This document shows, piece by piece, positions 35,762-46,058 of a stretch of 64,000 nt of DNA. The notes beneath the pieces are model-generated. The model ran no database searches. It worked only from the letters and a program-made list of their open reading frames with translations, and was not told the origin of the DNA. The stretch spans positions 1,224-65,223 of the IMG/VR virus record IMGVR_UViG_3300036835_000480; one strand, 5' to 3'. The translations under genes were made by a program, and so were the position numbers. Position 1 is the first letter of the stretch. Each line of letters begins with the position of its first letter. The stretch is from a virus (Duplodnaviria; Caudoviricetes).

Positions 35762-36549
35762 GCGGCCGCCCGCCCGCGGCGATACGTTTCCAGGTCGCGG
35801 GCGCGCACGGCCCAGGCGACGCCGCGGCGACTCGCGGTCGGCTGGCGGACCGCCGGCAGTCGCCCCGCGCGGATCGCCCGCCAGAGCTGATGTCGGCTAA
35901 GGCCGCTATACGCGCTGGCCAGCGGGATCGACAGCCAGTGGTCCCGCCGCTGCGCGGCGACTACGATGGCCCGGTAGGGACTCGGCGGCATCAGCGCGGG
36001 GTTGAGCTGCGCGGCGTGCTCGTCGCAGAAGCGCCGGAGCGTCGCCGGGGGCACAGCCCAGGGCGCGTTGCGCGGGCGCTGTGCGCTCCACGCCGGCAGA
36101 CGCAGCCAGCCGCGTGCGCACCACAAGTGCGGCGTGCGCCCGGCCACGCCACAGTAGGCGGCCACCTGCGCGCACGTCAGGAGATTGGCCACCAGCGCCG
36201 AGGCGCCGTGTTTCTTGAGGCGCGACCGCACGGCGCTTTCGGTGCGCACGATGCCGAAGGCGGCTGAGAGCTGCGCGGCCAACACGGGGAGGGGCCACCG
36301 GCCGCTGTGCGCGTCCAGCCAGGCGTCGTGCTCGGCCGTCCAGGCCGTCCACAGTTTGGCCGGCAGCAACCAGCCCTCGCGGATCAGCAGGCGCCGCACG
36401 CGCGCGGGGACCGCTGCCCGGCCCGTTTCCCACCAGCCGATGGCGCTTTTCGAGACGCCGAACAGCGCGCCGGCTTCGGTGCCGGTATAGCCCGCGGCAT
36501 GGCGCCAGGCCCTCAGCGCCGTAGCCGGGTCACGAGCGGGCACTTGCAC
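35758..36549 (-). CDS. multi-HTH DNA-binding protein
   Basis: XRE HTH (FGVSKSAIGWWETG) plus WT..D and excisionase-like HTH segments. Confidence 0.7.
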   Translation of the reverse strand: MQVPARDPATALRAWRHAAGYTGTEAGALFGVSKSAIGWWETGRAAVPARVRRLLIREGWLLPAKLWTAWTAEHDAWLDAHSGRWPLPVLAAQLSAAFGIVRTESAVRSRLKKHGASALVANLLTCAQVAAYCGVAGRTPHLWCARGWLRLPAWSAQRPRNAPWAVPPATLRRFCDEHAAQLNPALMPPSPYRAIVVAAQRRDHWLSIPLASAYSGLSRHQLWRAIRAGRLPAVRQPTASRRGVAWAVRARDLETYRRGRAAA

Positions 36550-36664
36550 AGCAGTCCCTCTCCAGGCTAGTTCTAACGAGCCGACGGGTTACTCCCGTGT
36601 TACACTGAGAGCAGCCCTCTCGGCTCGGTCCCGTCCGGTCGCCACCCGGACGGGACCATCCCCT

Positions 36665-36856
36665 TTAGTCAGCTCCGAGCGCCGCGTCCAGGGCGCGCGC
36701 GAAGGCGCGCTCGGCGGCGCGGTAGGTCGCCCGCGCGAGCGACTCGTAGCCCTCGGCGCGGAGCAGCCGCGCGTAGGCGTAGAGCGTCGCGGCATCGGCG
36801 TAGAGCGCCTCCGTTGTCGGGCTCACGATCTCCACCGCTCCCTCCGCTACCGCCAC
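36665..36856 (-). CDS. hypothetical protein
   Basis: short helical ORF in the early operon. Confidence 0.45.
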   Translation of the reverse strand: MAVAEGAVEIVSPTTEALYADAATLYAYARLLRAEGYESLARATYRAAERAFARALDAALGAD

Positions 36857-36920
36857 CAGACGGCGGCGAGCAGCAGGACCAGGATCGCCAGGTAGCAGGC
36901 CACGTCCTCGCAGTAGCGGA

Positions 36921-37166
36921 TCATCGCGCCGCCGCCTTGCCGCGCGCGGCTCTCATCCGTGCACAATGCACCCACTGCAGGGCGGCCACGCGCGCGGCGC
37001 GCTCGGGCGGCGTGAGCCGCTCGCCGCGCGCCGCCGCGGCGGCGTCGACCTCGCGCTCCCAGCGGGCGCGCTGGCCGGCACGGGCGCGGGCGGCGACCTG
37101 CCGCGCGCCCTGGGTGATCATGGTCATCCGCCCGCCGATCTGGCCGCGCGCTTGCGCAGCGTTCAC
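36921..37166 (-). CDS. hypothetical protein
   Basis: GTGA overlap with the Cro-like gene. Confidence 0.55.
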   Translation of the reverse strand: MNAAQARGQIGGRMTMITQGARQVAARARAGQRARWEREVDAAAAARGERLTPPERAARVAALQWVHCARMRAARGKAAAR

Positions 37167-37408
37167 GCTGCCTCCTCGGGCTCGATCGGGCTAATGAGGG
37201 CGTCGATATCCGCCTGGGGAAAGAGCCGGCGGACGTTCGCGTAGAAGCGCAGGGACGGCTTCACCTCGCCGCTGCGGATGCGGCTGATCGTCGCGCCGCT
37301 GTAGCGCAGGCGGGCGGCGAGCTGCTCGTCGGTCCAGCCGAGCTGCGCCACCAGGGCAAAAATCCCGCGCACGTCCCAGCGAATCTCGGGACCTAAAACC
37401 GCAGACAT
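37163..37408 (-). CDS. Cro-like HTH protein
   Basis: GWTDEQLAARLRYSGATISRIRSGEVKPS; divergent from the repressor. Confidence 0.75.
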   Translation of the reverse strand: MSAVLGPEIRWDVRGIFALVAQLGWTDEQLAARLRYSGATISRIRSGEVKPSLRFYANVRRLFPQADIDALISPIEPEEAA

Positions 37409-37663
37409 TCTCTGCACCTCTGCAAACTCGCCGCCGAGGTATATAGTACGCCCCGGGCGCCAACTGTGCAAGGAGCGCTCCCGCGTTTGGTCGGATTGCA
37501 ACCGTGCAGCGCCGCGCGCGGTGGAGCTGGCGTCACAATGCGGTAAAGTTTCGCTCGGATATGCAAGATTGCAATAATACTGTGTTAGGATAGGGAGGGT
37601 CGCCGGCACGGCGGTCGCCGCGAGGGGAGTCGCATGCTCGCTACTGCGAATGGTGGGGCACAG

Positions 37664-38050
37664 GTGGAGACGCTGGGCCACTTCCTACGCCGCCGCCGGC
37701 GCGCGCTACACCCGCCGCTCTCTCAGGAGGACGTGGGCCGCCTGGCCGGCCTCTCGGGCTCGACCATCTCGCGGCTGGAGAACGACCAGGCGCCGCGCCC
37801 CCCGTTCGAGACGCTGGCCCGCGTGGCGCACTACTACGGCGTGCCGGTGCTGGAGCTGTGGACCCGCGCGGGCTACCTCGCCGCGGCCGACGCTGACAGC
37901 CTGCGCGCGCTGCTCGGCGAGATCGCGCCGCTCACGCTCCTCGCCTACGCCCTCGACGCCCTGCCGCTGGACCCTATCGCGCGCAACCTCATCGCGCAAC
38001 TCGTACGGGCCGCGCTGGAGCGGCCGGACGCTCTCCCTCCCACGTCCTGA
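37664..38050 (+). CDS. immunity repressor-like XRE HTH protein
   Basis: LSQEDVGRLAGLSGSTISRLEN...TLARVA...GVP..EL...AGY. Confidence 0.8.
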   Translation: METLGHFLRRRRRALHPPLSQEDVGRLAGLSGSTISRLENDQAPRPPFETLARVAHYYGVPVLELWTRAGYLAAADADSLRALLGEIAPLTLLAYALDALPLDPIARNLIAQLVRAALERPDALPPTS

Positions 38051-38370
38051 TCACCTCCCCGCTCCCGTCGCGGGCCTCGCCCCACTCGCCGCCGCAGGCG
38101 CGGCAGACGTAGCGTACGACGCCGTAGAGGCACGCCCCGGGCGGGGCGTCGTAGGTCCAGTGAATACGAGTGGTGCAGCGGGGGCAGATGGCCGTCGTGG
38201 CTGGTGGCGTATAGCGGTCGGTGCTCACTCTGTGTGCTCCCCGGGCGCAGGACCTCGCAGGACCTGCGTACTCCACGCTCCAGAGTCAAGGGGATCGGCC
38301 GGGGCCCACCCGCACCCCACCGGCCTGAAGTAGAGTATCTATCCTAGCACACCTATCCGCCGGCGCGGCG

Positions 38371-39297
38371 CTACAGATCGTCGCCGGGAGCCAGTCTTTT
38401 ATGCGCGGCGATCGCGCGCTCCTGGGCGACCGAGGCGCCGTAGCGGTCCAATTGAGCGCGCTGGCTCCACCCCGCCAAGCGCATCAGCTCGCCCTCGGAG
38501 CCGCCTTTCTCGAGATAGCGGTGGGCGAAGCTGTGCCGCAGCATGTGCGGCCAGATCGGGCCCAGCCCGGCGCGCTCGGCGCGGGCGCGCAGGCGCCCGT
38601 AGAGCCCGCTGCCCGAGAGCGGGCCGCGGCTACCCAGCCAGAGCGCCGCCTCGCCGGCGCGGGGGTGCCGCTCGCGGGCGCGGCGGTAGCGATCCAGCGC
38701 TAGCGCCGTCTTGTGCCCGAAGTGGACGAGGCGCTCTCGCGGGCCGCGCCGGCCGCGCCCCTTGCCGCGGATGCGGATCGTATCCTCCGCCCAGTCCACG
38801 TCCGCGAGGGCGATCCCGACCAGCTCGCCGCGGCGCAGGCCGGTATCGACGAGCAGGCGCAGGATCGCCTGGTCGCGGCGGTCGTCGAAGCTCGCTCCCT
38901 CGCAGGTGCGCAGCAGCGCGCGGAGCTGGGCGGCGCTCAGGACCGGCGTCGTCACCTCCTCGGGCCGCGGCGGGGTGATCCGCGCGCAGGGATTGTCGGG
39001 CCGCTCGCCCTCGTCGACCAGCCAGGCGAACCAGAGGCGCGCGGCGGTAAAGTACAAGCTACAGGTAGCACCCCTCCGTCCCGCCGTGCGCAGGTCGCCG
39101 AGCCAGACCTCGACGTGCTCGCGGGTGAGCACGGTTGGGTCGGCCGGCAGCCCGCGCTGCTGGATGGTGGCGGCGAGCGAGCGCAGGGCGGCGCGGTAGA
39201 CGCGGCGGCTGCCGGCCGGGGCGCCGCTCGCGCGCAGCGAGAGGTCCCAGCTCTGGGCCAGCGTGTCGAAGAGCGCGCGGCGCGTGGCGGTCGGCAT
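38371..39297 (-). CDS. int: tyrosine integrase/recombinase
   Basis: [32 protein letters not shown]. Confidence 0.93.
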   Translation of the reverse strand: MPTATRRALFDTLAQSWDLSLRASGAPAGSRRVYRAALRSLAATIQQRGLPADPTVLTREHVEVWLGDLRTAGRRGATCSLYFTAARLWFAWLVDEGERPDNPCARITPPRPEEVTTPVLSAAQLRALLRTCEGASFDDRRDQAILRLLVDTGLRRGELVGIALADVDWAEDTIRIRGKGRGRRGPRERLVHFGHKTALALDRYRRARERHPRAGEAALWLGSRGPLSGSGLYGRLRARAERAGLGPIWPHMLRHSFAHRYLEKGGSEGELMRLAGWSQRAQLDRYGASVAQERAIAAHKRLAPGDDL

Positions 39298-39660
39298 GGC
39301 CCTCCCCCTCGGACAGTAGTTCGTGGCGGCAACTACCGCTAGTTAATGCGTCAAACGTTTGTAGAGCGTACTCCAGACAGTATATCCGAGCGCAAGTTTG
39401 GCGCCGGTGCTGGGCAAACGGCACGCGGGCGGCGCGCGCGCTCAGACGTAAACAGGGCGTTAACGGCCCCAGTCTTGTAGAAACGACGCCAGAAACCGCG
39501 TGTTCTGCGCTCTTGTAGAGCGCCCTCTTTACGGCTGAACGCCGGCGCGTTAAGCGGGACGTTTCGTCCGGTCCTGTGACGCGATTGTGATCCGTGGCGG
39601 GACCGGCCGGGACAGCGCGCGCCGGCCGGTCGACCAAACGCGCAGGGCTAGCATTTCGGG
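39298..39660. other. candidate attP/regulatory intergenic region
   Basis: non-coding gap next to the integrase; TTGTAGA repeats at 39359, 39475, 39513. Confidence 0.4.
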
Positions 39661-39661
39661 C

Positions 39662-39690
39662 TTGCAATTATTATTGGACTACTGTAGAAT
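39662..39690 (+). promoter_or_regulatory. conserved cassette promoter P5
   Basis: TTGCAA-17-TAGAAT, spacer TTATTATTGGACTACTG. Confidence 0.8.
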
Positions 39691-39731
39691 GAGAGTGTAG
39701 AAACCAAGCGCGCAAGGGAAGGAGCCCGAGA

Positions 39732-40136
39732 ATGCAGACCGAGATCACCCGCTACCACCGCACGGTGACCCAGTTAATCCCGCGCTACCGCGGGCGCTGG
39801 CTGGTGCCCGCGTCGAGCGGCAAGGCGGCCTACCAGATCGACGCCGCGGCGCGTACCTGCACCTGCCCCGACTATCAGCACCGCGGCGTCCGCTGCAAGC
39901 ACCGACTCTCGGTGAGCGTCGCCCTGCTCCTGGAGCGCGCCGAGGTCGAGGCGCTCGACCCGACGCCGCTGCCGATAGCCGGCGGCGCCGACGACGCCGA
40001 TTGGCAGGAGCAGGCGCCGCAGGGCGCCCCCGTCCAGGCCGACGCCCCCATCCCGCTCGAACTAACCGCTCGCGGCCTGCTCGCGGTCCTGCTCCCCGGC
40101 GCGGCCGTCGCGCCGCTGGGGGTGCGCCGTGGGTAA
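39732..40136 (+). CDS. SWIM zinc-finger protein
   Basis: CTCPDYQHRGVRCKH. Confidence 0.8.
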   Translation: MQTEITRYHRTVTQLIPRYRGRWLVPASSGKAAYQIDAAARTCTCPDYQHRGVRCKHRLSVSVALLLERAEVEALDPTPLPIAGGADDADWQEQAPQGAPVQADAPIPLELTARGLLAVLLPGAAVAPLGVRRG

Positions 40137-40248
40137 CAGCTTCTGGCTCTGGTTCGCCGTGATGCTCTTCTGGTCGATCGTCATCGGTTGGACGATTTTC
40201 AGCTTCACGCACGCCGTCGTCGCACGGCTGCCGTTCTAGGAGGACAGA

Positions 40249-41483
40249 ATGATCGAGCGTGAGCCGATCCTGCACCTGGACCGCGCCGCCGTCGCGCGCG
40301 TCGCCGACGACCTGGCGGCGCAGGGCGCCGACCCACGGACCGTGCAGCTTCTCCGCGACCTAGCGGCGCGCGAGGCGCTGCCCGCCGGCTGGAGCTGGGC
40401 GCTCTGCTGCACCCGCTGCCACACCCTGAGCATCGACGTAGCGCCCCGCTGGACGGCCCAGTACCGCCGCGCGCTCCCGCTCTGCGAGGGCTGCGCGACG
40501 ATCCTGAGCCAGACGGCGGGCTGGTAGGAGGCGGCAATGATCCCTGAGCTGCGCGCCCTGATCGCGCACTTTCACGAGATCGGAGACGAGACGATGACTC
40601 GCTTTCACGACACGCCCGATTGGGACACCAGCAATGCCCGCGGCATCGCCGAGGCGCTGCGCGACGAGATCGCTGCGGACTGGCGCTGGATGCAGCAGTG
40701 CCGCAAGGTGCTGCGCCTGCACGAGGCGCAGCCCGTCGATCCACAAGGCTACGACGTGGTGAGCGCGCGCCAGAGGGCCGACCGCGCCGAGCGGCGCCTG
40801 CTGCGGCTGATCGCGATTAGACGTGAAGGGATGGGCCGCCGTCCCCTGGGGCAGTATTACGAGCTGCCATCGGGGCAACCGAAAGCGCGCGAGGAGATCG
40901 CCCGATGAACGAGCAGCCCGATTGGGTCCGTGAGGCGCTCGCCGCCGCTGAGGCGCGCGACGCCCAGCAGGCCGCGCTTCAGCACGACCGCGAAGCCCAG
41001 GAGGTCGCGGACGACCGCCATCGCCTGGAGCGGCAACTGGAGCGCTGCGGCGTGCCGCTGGAGCGCGCGACGCTCACCTACCAGCGGGAGATCGAGCAGT
41101 GGTACGCCGCCGTCGACGGCCACCTGTTCACCTACCAAAACCGCGGCCTCGTGCGCCTGATCCCCTGCCCTGCTTGCGCGCGGCTCCTGCCGACCGTGCA
41201 CAGCGCGCAGGTGCTCGGCGCCGACATGGGCGCCCTGCTCCGCGCCGAGCAGGTCGAGTACCACCGCTGCTACGGGCGCCCGACGACCGATGCCGACTTC
41301 GACGAGAACGGCGACCTGCTCCCGGACTGCGACGACTGCCGTGCGATCCGCATGCTGTGCAGTATGCACTATCAGCGGCGCAGCCAGCCTATGCCGCAGC
41401 CGCCATCGACCCGCGAGGCGCTGCTGCTGGCGCTGGATGCCTACGTCGAGGAGCGGCTCGCCGGTAGCCTGAGAGACGATTAG
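40249..41483 (+). CDS. run of three hypothetical genes (40249-40527, 40537-40908, 40905-41483)
   Basis: each has an RBS or ATGA overlap; CxxC motifs in the first and third. Confidence 0.6.
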
Positions 41484-41611
41484 CGCGCCTCGCGCCTGGA
41501 GTGGATCATCGCGGGCTCGCTACCCGCCAGGCGCGCCGCGGGCCGGGAGCCCGAACCTCCCGACCCGCTCGCCGGCAGGCCCGCTAAAGGGGCCGCGGCA
41601 GGAGTAGTCTA

Positions 41612-41902
41612 ATGCGCACGCACCTCTCGCGCCTAGTCCTCGGCGGGATCGCCGCCGCCGCGCTCGCCGTCGGGATCGCCGGCACCGCGCCGCAGAGCGC
41701 GGCCGCGGCGCCCGACGAGCAGTACGTCACCTACTGGCCAACCGGCCTGAGCGGCGGCTGGTACTACGGCGGCTACGGGCTCGACCCCGTGGCCTACACG
41801 CCGACCATCAGCTACGGCTACTCGTACAGCCTGCCGTACCGCGGCGGCTACGTCCACCACGGCTACCGCCACTACTACCACGGGCACCGCCACTGGCGCT
41901 AA
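41612..41902 (+). CDS. secreted Gly/Tyr/His-rich small protein
   Basis: signal peptide then Y/G-rich region and YVHHGYRHYYHGHRHWR. Confidence 0.7.
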   Translation: MRTHLSRLVLGGIAAAALAVGIAGTAPQSAAAAPDEQYVTYWPTGLSGGWYYGGYGLDPVAYTPTISYGYSYSLPYRGGYVHHGYRHYYHGHRHWR

Positions 41903-41919
41903 GCCCCGCATCCCACGGC

Positions 41920-41952
41920 AGAGCCCCCGGTGCGACAACGCGCCGGGGGCTC
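41920..41952. terminator. GC-rich hairpin between convergent genes
   Basis: GAGCCCCCGG...CCGGGGGCTC. Confidence 0.55.
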
Positions 41953-41973
41953 CGCGGTCTCCCGCGCCCGCGC

Positions 41974-42255
41974 TCAGGCGGGGATCGGGTCGCTGGCCGC
42001 AGGATCGGGCGAGCTGCGCGCCGCCCCGCGCCCACGCCAGGAGCGCTTGACGGTGGGATGGTTGCGGCGGTAGTAGGCCGCAGCGTTGCAGTTCGGGCCG
42101 CAGTAGAGCTGGCGCGCCTGGGCCGGAAACTCGGTGCCGCAGACGGCGCAGCGCCGCGGACTCCGCTTGCGGCGGCTGGCGTTCTGCTTCATCGCCGCGA
42201 CGTAGCGCGCGGCATCCGCGGGATCCGCAAGGTCGTACTTCCGGGGGCGAGGCAT
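41974..42255 (-). CDS. small zinc-finger DNA-binding-like protein
   Basis: MPRPRK...CAVCG.EF......YCGPNC; AAGGAG RBS. Confidence 0.7.
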   Translation of the reverse strand: MPRPRKYDLADPADAARYVAAMKQNASRRKRSPRRCAVCGTEFPAQARQLYCGPNCNAAAYYRRNHPTVKRSWRGRGAARSSPDPAASDPIPA

Positions 42256-42357
42256 CGGCCACTCCTTAGTAATTCTCATGGTACTATAGCACATCCGTAC
42301 TAATCCGCAGCAAGGGGGCACGTCATCTGATACCGCGCAAGTCTCGCTCCCGCCTAT

Positions 42358-42386
42358 TTGCATTTATTATCGCACTACTGTACAAT
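42358..42386 (+). promoter_or_regulatory. conserved cassette promoter P6
   Basis: TTGCAT-17-TACAAT, spacer TTATTATCGCACTACTG. Confidence 0.8.
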
Positions 42387-42419
42387 GAGTGTAGAACGAG
42401 AGCACGAAGGAGGCCTACT

Positions 42420-42737
42420 GTGATCGAGCAGACGCTTAGCCCGGAGCGCGAGATGCTCGCCGCGTGGGCGCGGGCGATGACGGCGTATGATGTCGCCGCT
42501 GAAGCGGCAGGCACGCTGATACAGCCTTATTGCTGCATCGGGGGCTACCGCTGGGATGCCCCCGCCTACGTTGCGCCGCTGGACGAGCTGCTGTGCAGCC
42601 TCCTGATCCCACCGGCGCCGCACTACAGCAAGCTCGGCCCGCCGCCCCTGGCGAAGTCGTGGACCAAGGTTCGGAAATTGGAGCGCCTGACGGCCCAGAT
42701 CGTCGCCGCGACGCAAGCCGCCCAGAGGGGGGAGTGA
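42420..42737 (+). CDS. hypothetical protein
   Basis: AAGGAGG RBS after P6. Confidence 0.65.
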   Translation: MIEQTLSPEREMLAAWARAMTAYDVAAEAAGTLIQPYCCIGGYRWDAPAYVAPLDELLCSLLIPPAPHYSKLGPPPLAKSWTKVRKLERLTAQIVAATQAAQRGE

Positions 42738-42739
42738 GA

Positions 42740-43279
42740 ATGTCCCGCGCAATGCTGCTCATTGGCCTGATCATACTGGGCCTCGGCACCTTCGTCTGGG
42801 CCGCCACGCGCGGCGCACCACCGCCGCCCGTAGATACGCTCGCCGGCCTGACCGCGGCGGAGAAGGCCGCCGCCTACCAGGCGCAGCTCGACGCGATGCG
42901 GCCCACGCCCGAGCTACAGCCGACCGAGGCGCCCTGGACCGAGCGCGCGATCCACGGCGCGCCGCCCGCCGAGCGTACGCCAGTCGCCGTCGCCATGTGT
43001 GGCCCGGAGGCCCTCCAGGCAGCGCGCGCCTACCGTGCGCCGGGCGCGAGCGCTCCGATCGACCAGACCGTGATCCACAATCTTCAGCGCGGGCATAAGC
43101 CGCTGGGCGCCGTGCGGGACTGGAAGATCGCCGAGCGCTCGCGGGATACCTGCAGCATCGGGCTCCATGTGGTCTACGGCAACGAGCTGCTGATGCTCTC
43201 CTGGGTCTGGCGCCCGGCGACGGGCACGCTGCAGGTGAGCGGGCCGGATTGGGAGACGAAATACTACTCCGGCTGGTAA
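42740..43279 (+). CDS. membrane-anchored hypothetical protein
   Basis: N-terminal TM helix MLLIGLIILGLGTFVWAA. Confidence 0.65.
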   Translation: MSRAMLLIGLIILGLGTFVWAATRGAPPPPVDTLAGLTAAEKAAAYQAQLDAMRPTPELQPTEAPWTERAIHGAPPAERTPVAVAMCGPEALQAARAYRAPGASAPIDQTVIHNLQRGHKPLGAVRDWKIAERSRDTCSIGLHVVYGNELLMLSWVWRPATGTLQVSGPDWETKYYSGW

Positions 43280-43286
43280 TCCCCGC

Positions 43287-43315
43287 TGGTTGTTAGCATC
43301 GGGCTACTGTACAAT
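43287..43315 (+). promoter_or_regulatory. conserved cassette promoter P7 (degenerate -35)
   Basis: spacer TTAGCATCGGGCTACTG then TACAAT. Confidence 0.65.
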
Positions 43316-43345
43316 GAGAACAGAGACGCGCAAGGAGGAGCCCTG

Positions 43346-45440
43346 ATGCCTGAGCCGCCCACGCATCTCACCGTCGCCATCCGCCGGCTACCCTGGCCGA
43401 CGTTCCATCTGGTGCTCGCCAGCGGCGGGCCGGCCGACGGCAGCCTCTACGGCTTCACGACGCTCTGCGGTCGCCCGATCCGCGATCTTGATGGCTGGCA
43501 GGAGCGCCCGAATCAGCCTGGTACCTGCCGCGTCTGCTGCCGCGCGCTCGCCGCGGCCGACGCTCGACTCAAAGGAGGCATCGCCCATGCCTGAGACCTG
43601 CGTCCACTGCCACGCGCGCCCCGTGCAGCTCCACTACGGCGCCCCGATCTGCTATCTCTGCTACTGCAACGCCACGGGCTACGGCCCCGAGGAGCTGGCC
43701 GAGCAGCTCGCCACCAGCGAGGCCGACTACACCGCCCGCCTCACCGCGCTCCGCGCCGAGCTGGTCCCGCTCCTGCTCGCCGAGCCGAACGGTCGGGCCT
43801 ACTGGCGCGACAAGGGTTACGCATGGGCGCAGGAGGCGACCGATGACTGACTCCGACGAGATTCGCGTCGAGTCGCTCTACGGCGCGCGCACCGACGCGC
43901 CGCTGGTGAAGCTGATCGCTGGCCCGCACGAATGGATCATGCCTCCTGCCAAGGCACAAGCCATCGCCGGTATGCTGTTGGAAGCGGCTGAGGCCAGCAT
44001 TTCGGACGCTTTCCTGGTGCGCTGGATCATGAAAACGGTCGGCGCTCCGCGTGAGGCAACGGCCCCGGTCCTACGCGAGTTCCGCCAGTTCCGCGAGTTG
44101 TCCCGCCGCCAGGGCCGCGAGCAGGAAGAAGCCGATCAGGCGGAGTGGGAGGCGCGCGATGAATAAGCCGGGCTGGCAGTGTCCCCTATGCGGGCGCGTC
44201 TCCTACCATCCCGAGGATGCGGCCAATCGCTACTGCTCGTGCTGTGGTGGGCCGTACTTGCCGAAGCAGTGTCCGCACCAGCACGAGGCCAGGTGGGAGG
44301 AGCGCGATGATCAGTGACCTGGCAACGACGGAGGGGCAGAGATGACGCCGGAGCAATTACAGGATTTGCAGGCGGACTGTGTCGAACTGCGCGACCACGG
44401 GTGCGACCCCGGCGGGTTCGCGCCGCGCTGTCTGGAGTTGCTCGCCGCGTACGATGCCCAGACCACCCAGCTCGCCACCGCCGAGCAGGCGCGGGACGAT
44501 GCGCTGGAGCGGATAGCGACGCTCGAAGCAGTCATGAAGAGTGACGCCACCATGAACCGCATCCAGGCCGACAGTGCTCAGTTGCGGCGTGTCAATCTGG
44601 ACCTCGTACAGCGGGTGCACCGCCTGGCCGCCCTGGCGCAGGCCGCGCGGGACTACCTGGACCGCAACAAGTTTCACGATGCGGCGATTGAGGCGGCCGT
44701 CGCGGCGCTCGACGCGGCACCCGCGGCCGATGAGAGCGGTCAGCTTGCGTAAAGGAGCTAGAGGAAAGGGTAAATAGGATTGGACCACCCCGGGAGGCGC
44801 ACAATGCATGACCTCGGCCGCCACCCGCTCCTAGATGCGCTGTGGGAGAGTCTCCCGCCGGCCGGCAGCCCGTGGCCGCTCGCGGAGCAGGAGGCGTGGC
44901 TGGCGGTCGCCCGCGCGGTGCTGCCGCTGGTGTATCCGAGTGGGGAGCCGGCCTGATGGTCTACCAGCTCGACCTGACGCGCGATGCCACCTGTTATATC
45001 TGCGACAAGGCGATGTACGCCGGCGACCCGTGCTACGCCACCGGCCGCGGCGGGAGTCGCCGCCTCTACTGCTCGTCCTGGTGCGCCGACCCGCGGCCCT
45101 GTACCGGCTGCCGGCACCCCCAGCGGTATCACGCGGCGTGGGGCTGCTTCGCGCCGGTGGTCGATCGGTACGGGAACGAGGGCGCCTGTTCATGTCGCAT
45201 AGGACGAGTGGACTAACAATGAGCGAATCCGAGCCACTCGCCCGCGGCGACGTGATCCAGCTCGACCCCGCCCACGACACGACGTTTGGGGGCTGCCTGT
45301 TCATCGTCACCGCGGTCAAGACGTGGGGCGTGCAGGCCGTCTGCATCATGCCGCACACGGAGGGCCCCCGGCAGGCGTACTACCGCGCGCCGTGGGGCCG
45401 CTTCGCGCGCGTGGGCGCCGCGCCCTGGCCGCTGGAGTAG
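43346..45440 (+). CDS. operon of short hypothetical genes (43346-43594, 43587-43850, 43843-44166, 44159-44317, 44342-44752, 44956-45216, 45219-45440)
   Basis: overlapping starts/stops, GGAGG-type RBSs, several CxxC motifs. Confidence 0.6.
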
Positions 45441-45960
45441 GAGGCCCGCCGTGACGCGCCGCCTGACCGCCGCGCAGACGACCTGGCGCGCCGCCCGCCG
45501 CGCCTGGGGCGGCTTACTCTGCTACTACCTCCGCGCCTACCTGGCGCGCCGGGAGGCCGCCTGCCCGAGCGCCCCCGCTCCTACCACCCGGGCAACCACC
45601 GCCCTCGGCCTACGCGCCGACGCCCCAGCCGAGGAGCACCCCCAGGAGCGCGACGAGCAGCAGCGCCAGCGCGACCAGGACGGCGCGGAGCAGTAGCGCG
45701 CGCGGCGTCACCCCAGCCCCCTCCCCCCGTTGCCCCTGCGCGGCGTTCTCGGCCGTCGGGGGTGCTAACTACCTACGCGAACCCCGGACCGCCCCTACGG
45801 CCGTCCTGGTGCGAATACGGGCCTACCGGTGGCCCCGCCGCGGGGCACGGGCGCTCCTAGCTCGGCGCCAGCCAGAGCAGCAGGTTCACCAGCGCCAGGA
45901 CCGCGCCCAGCAGCGCCATGTCGCTCCAGGTCCAGTGCTCGGTCATGCGCGACTGCTTTC

Positions 45961-46058
45961 TGGCGTCGTTACGCCAATTCTGCTAGAATTGTAGACCGCA
46001 AAAGGCCGGGCGCTGTTAGAGCAGCCCCGACCGTGACGCCGAGCGCTGGAGACGCCCG
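45961..46058 (+). promoter_or_regulatory. endonuclease-cassette palindrome/-10 plus leader hairpin
   Basis: TGGCGTcgttACGCCA-7-TAGAAT; hairpin 46004-46032. Confidence 0.78.

Noticed and set aside
39470-39500. Further copy of the ACGCCA promoter box near the integrase
   Set aside because: Only a half-site (GACGCCAGAAAC) is present, with no TGGCGT arm and no correctly spaced -10.
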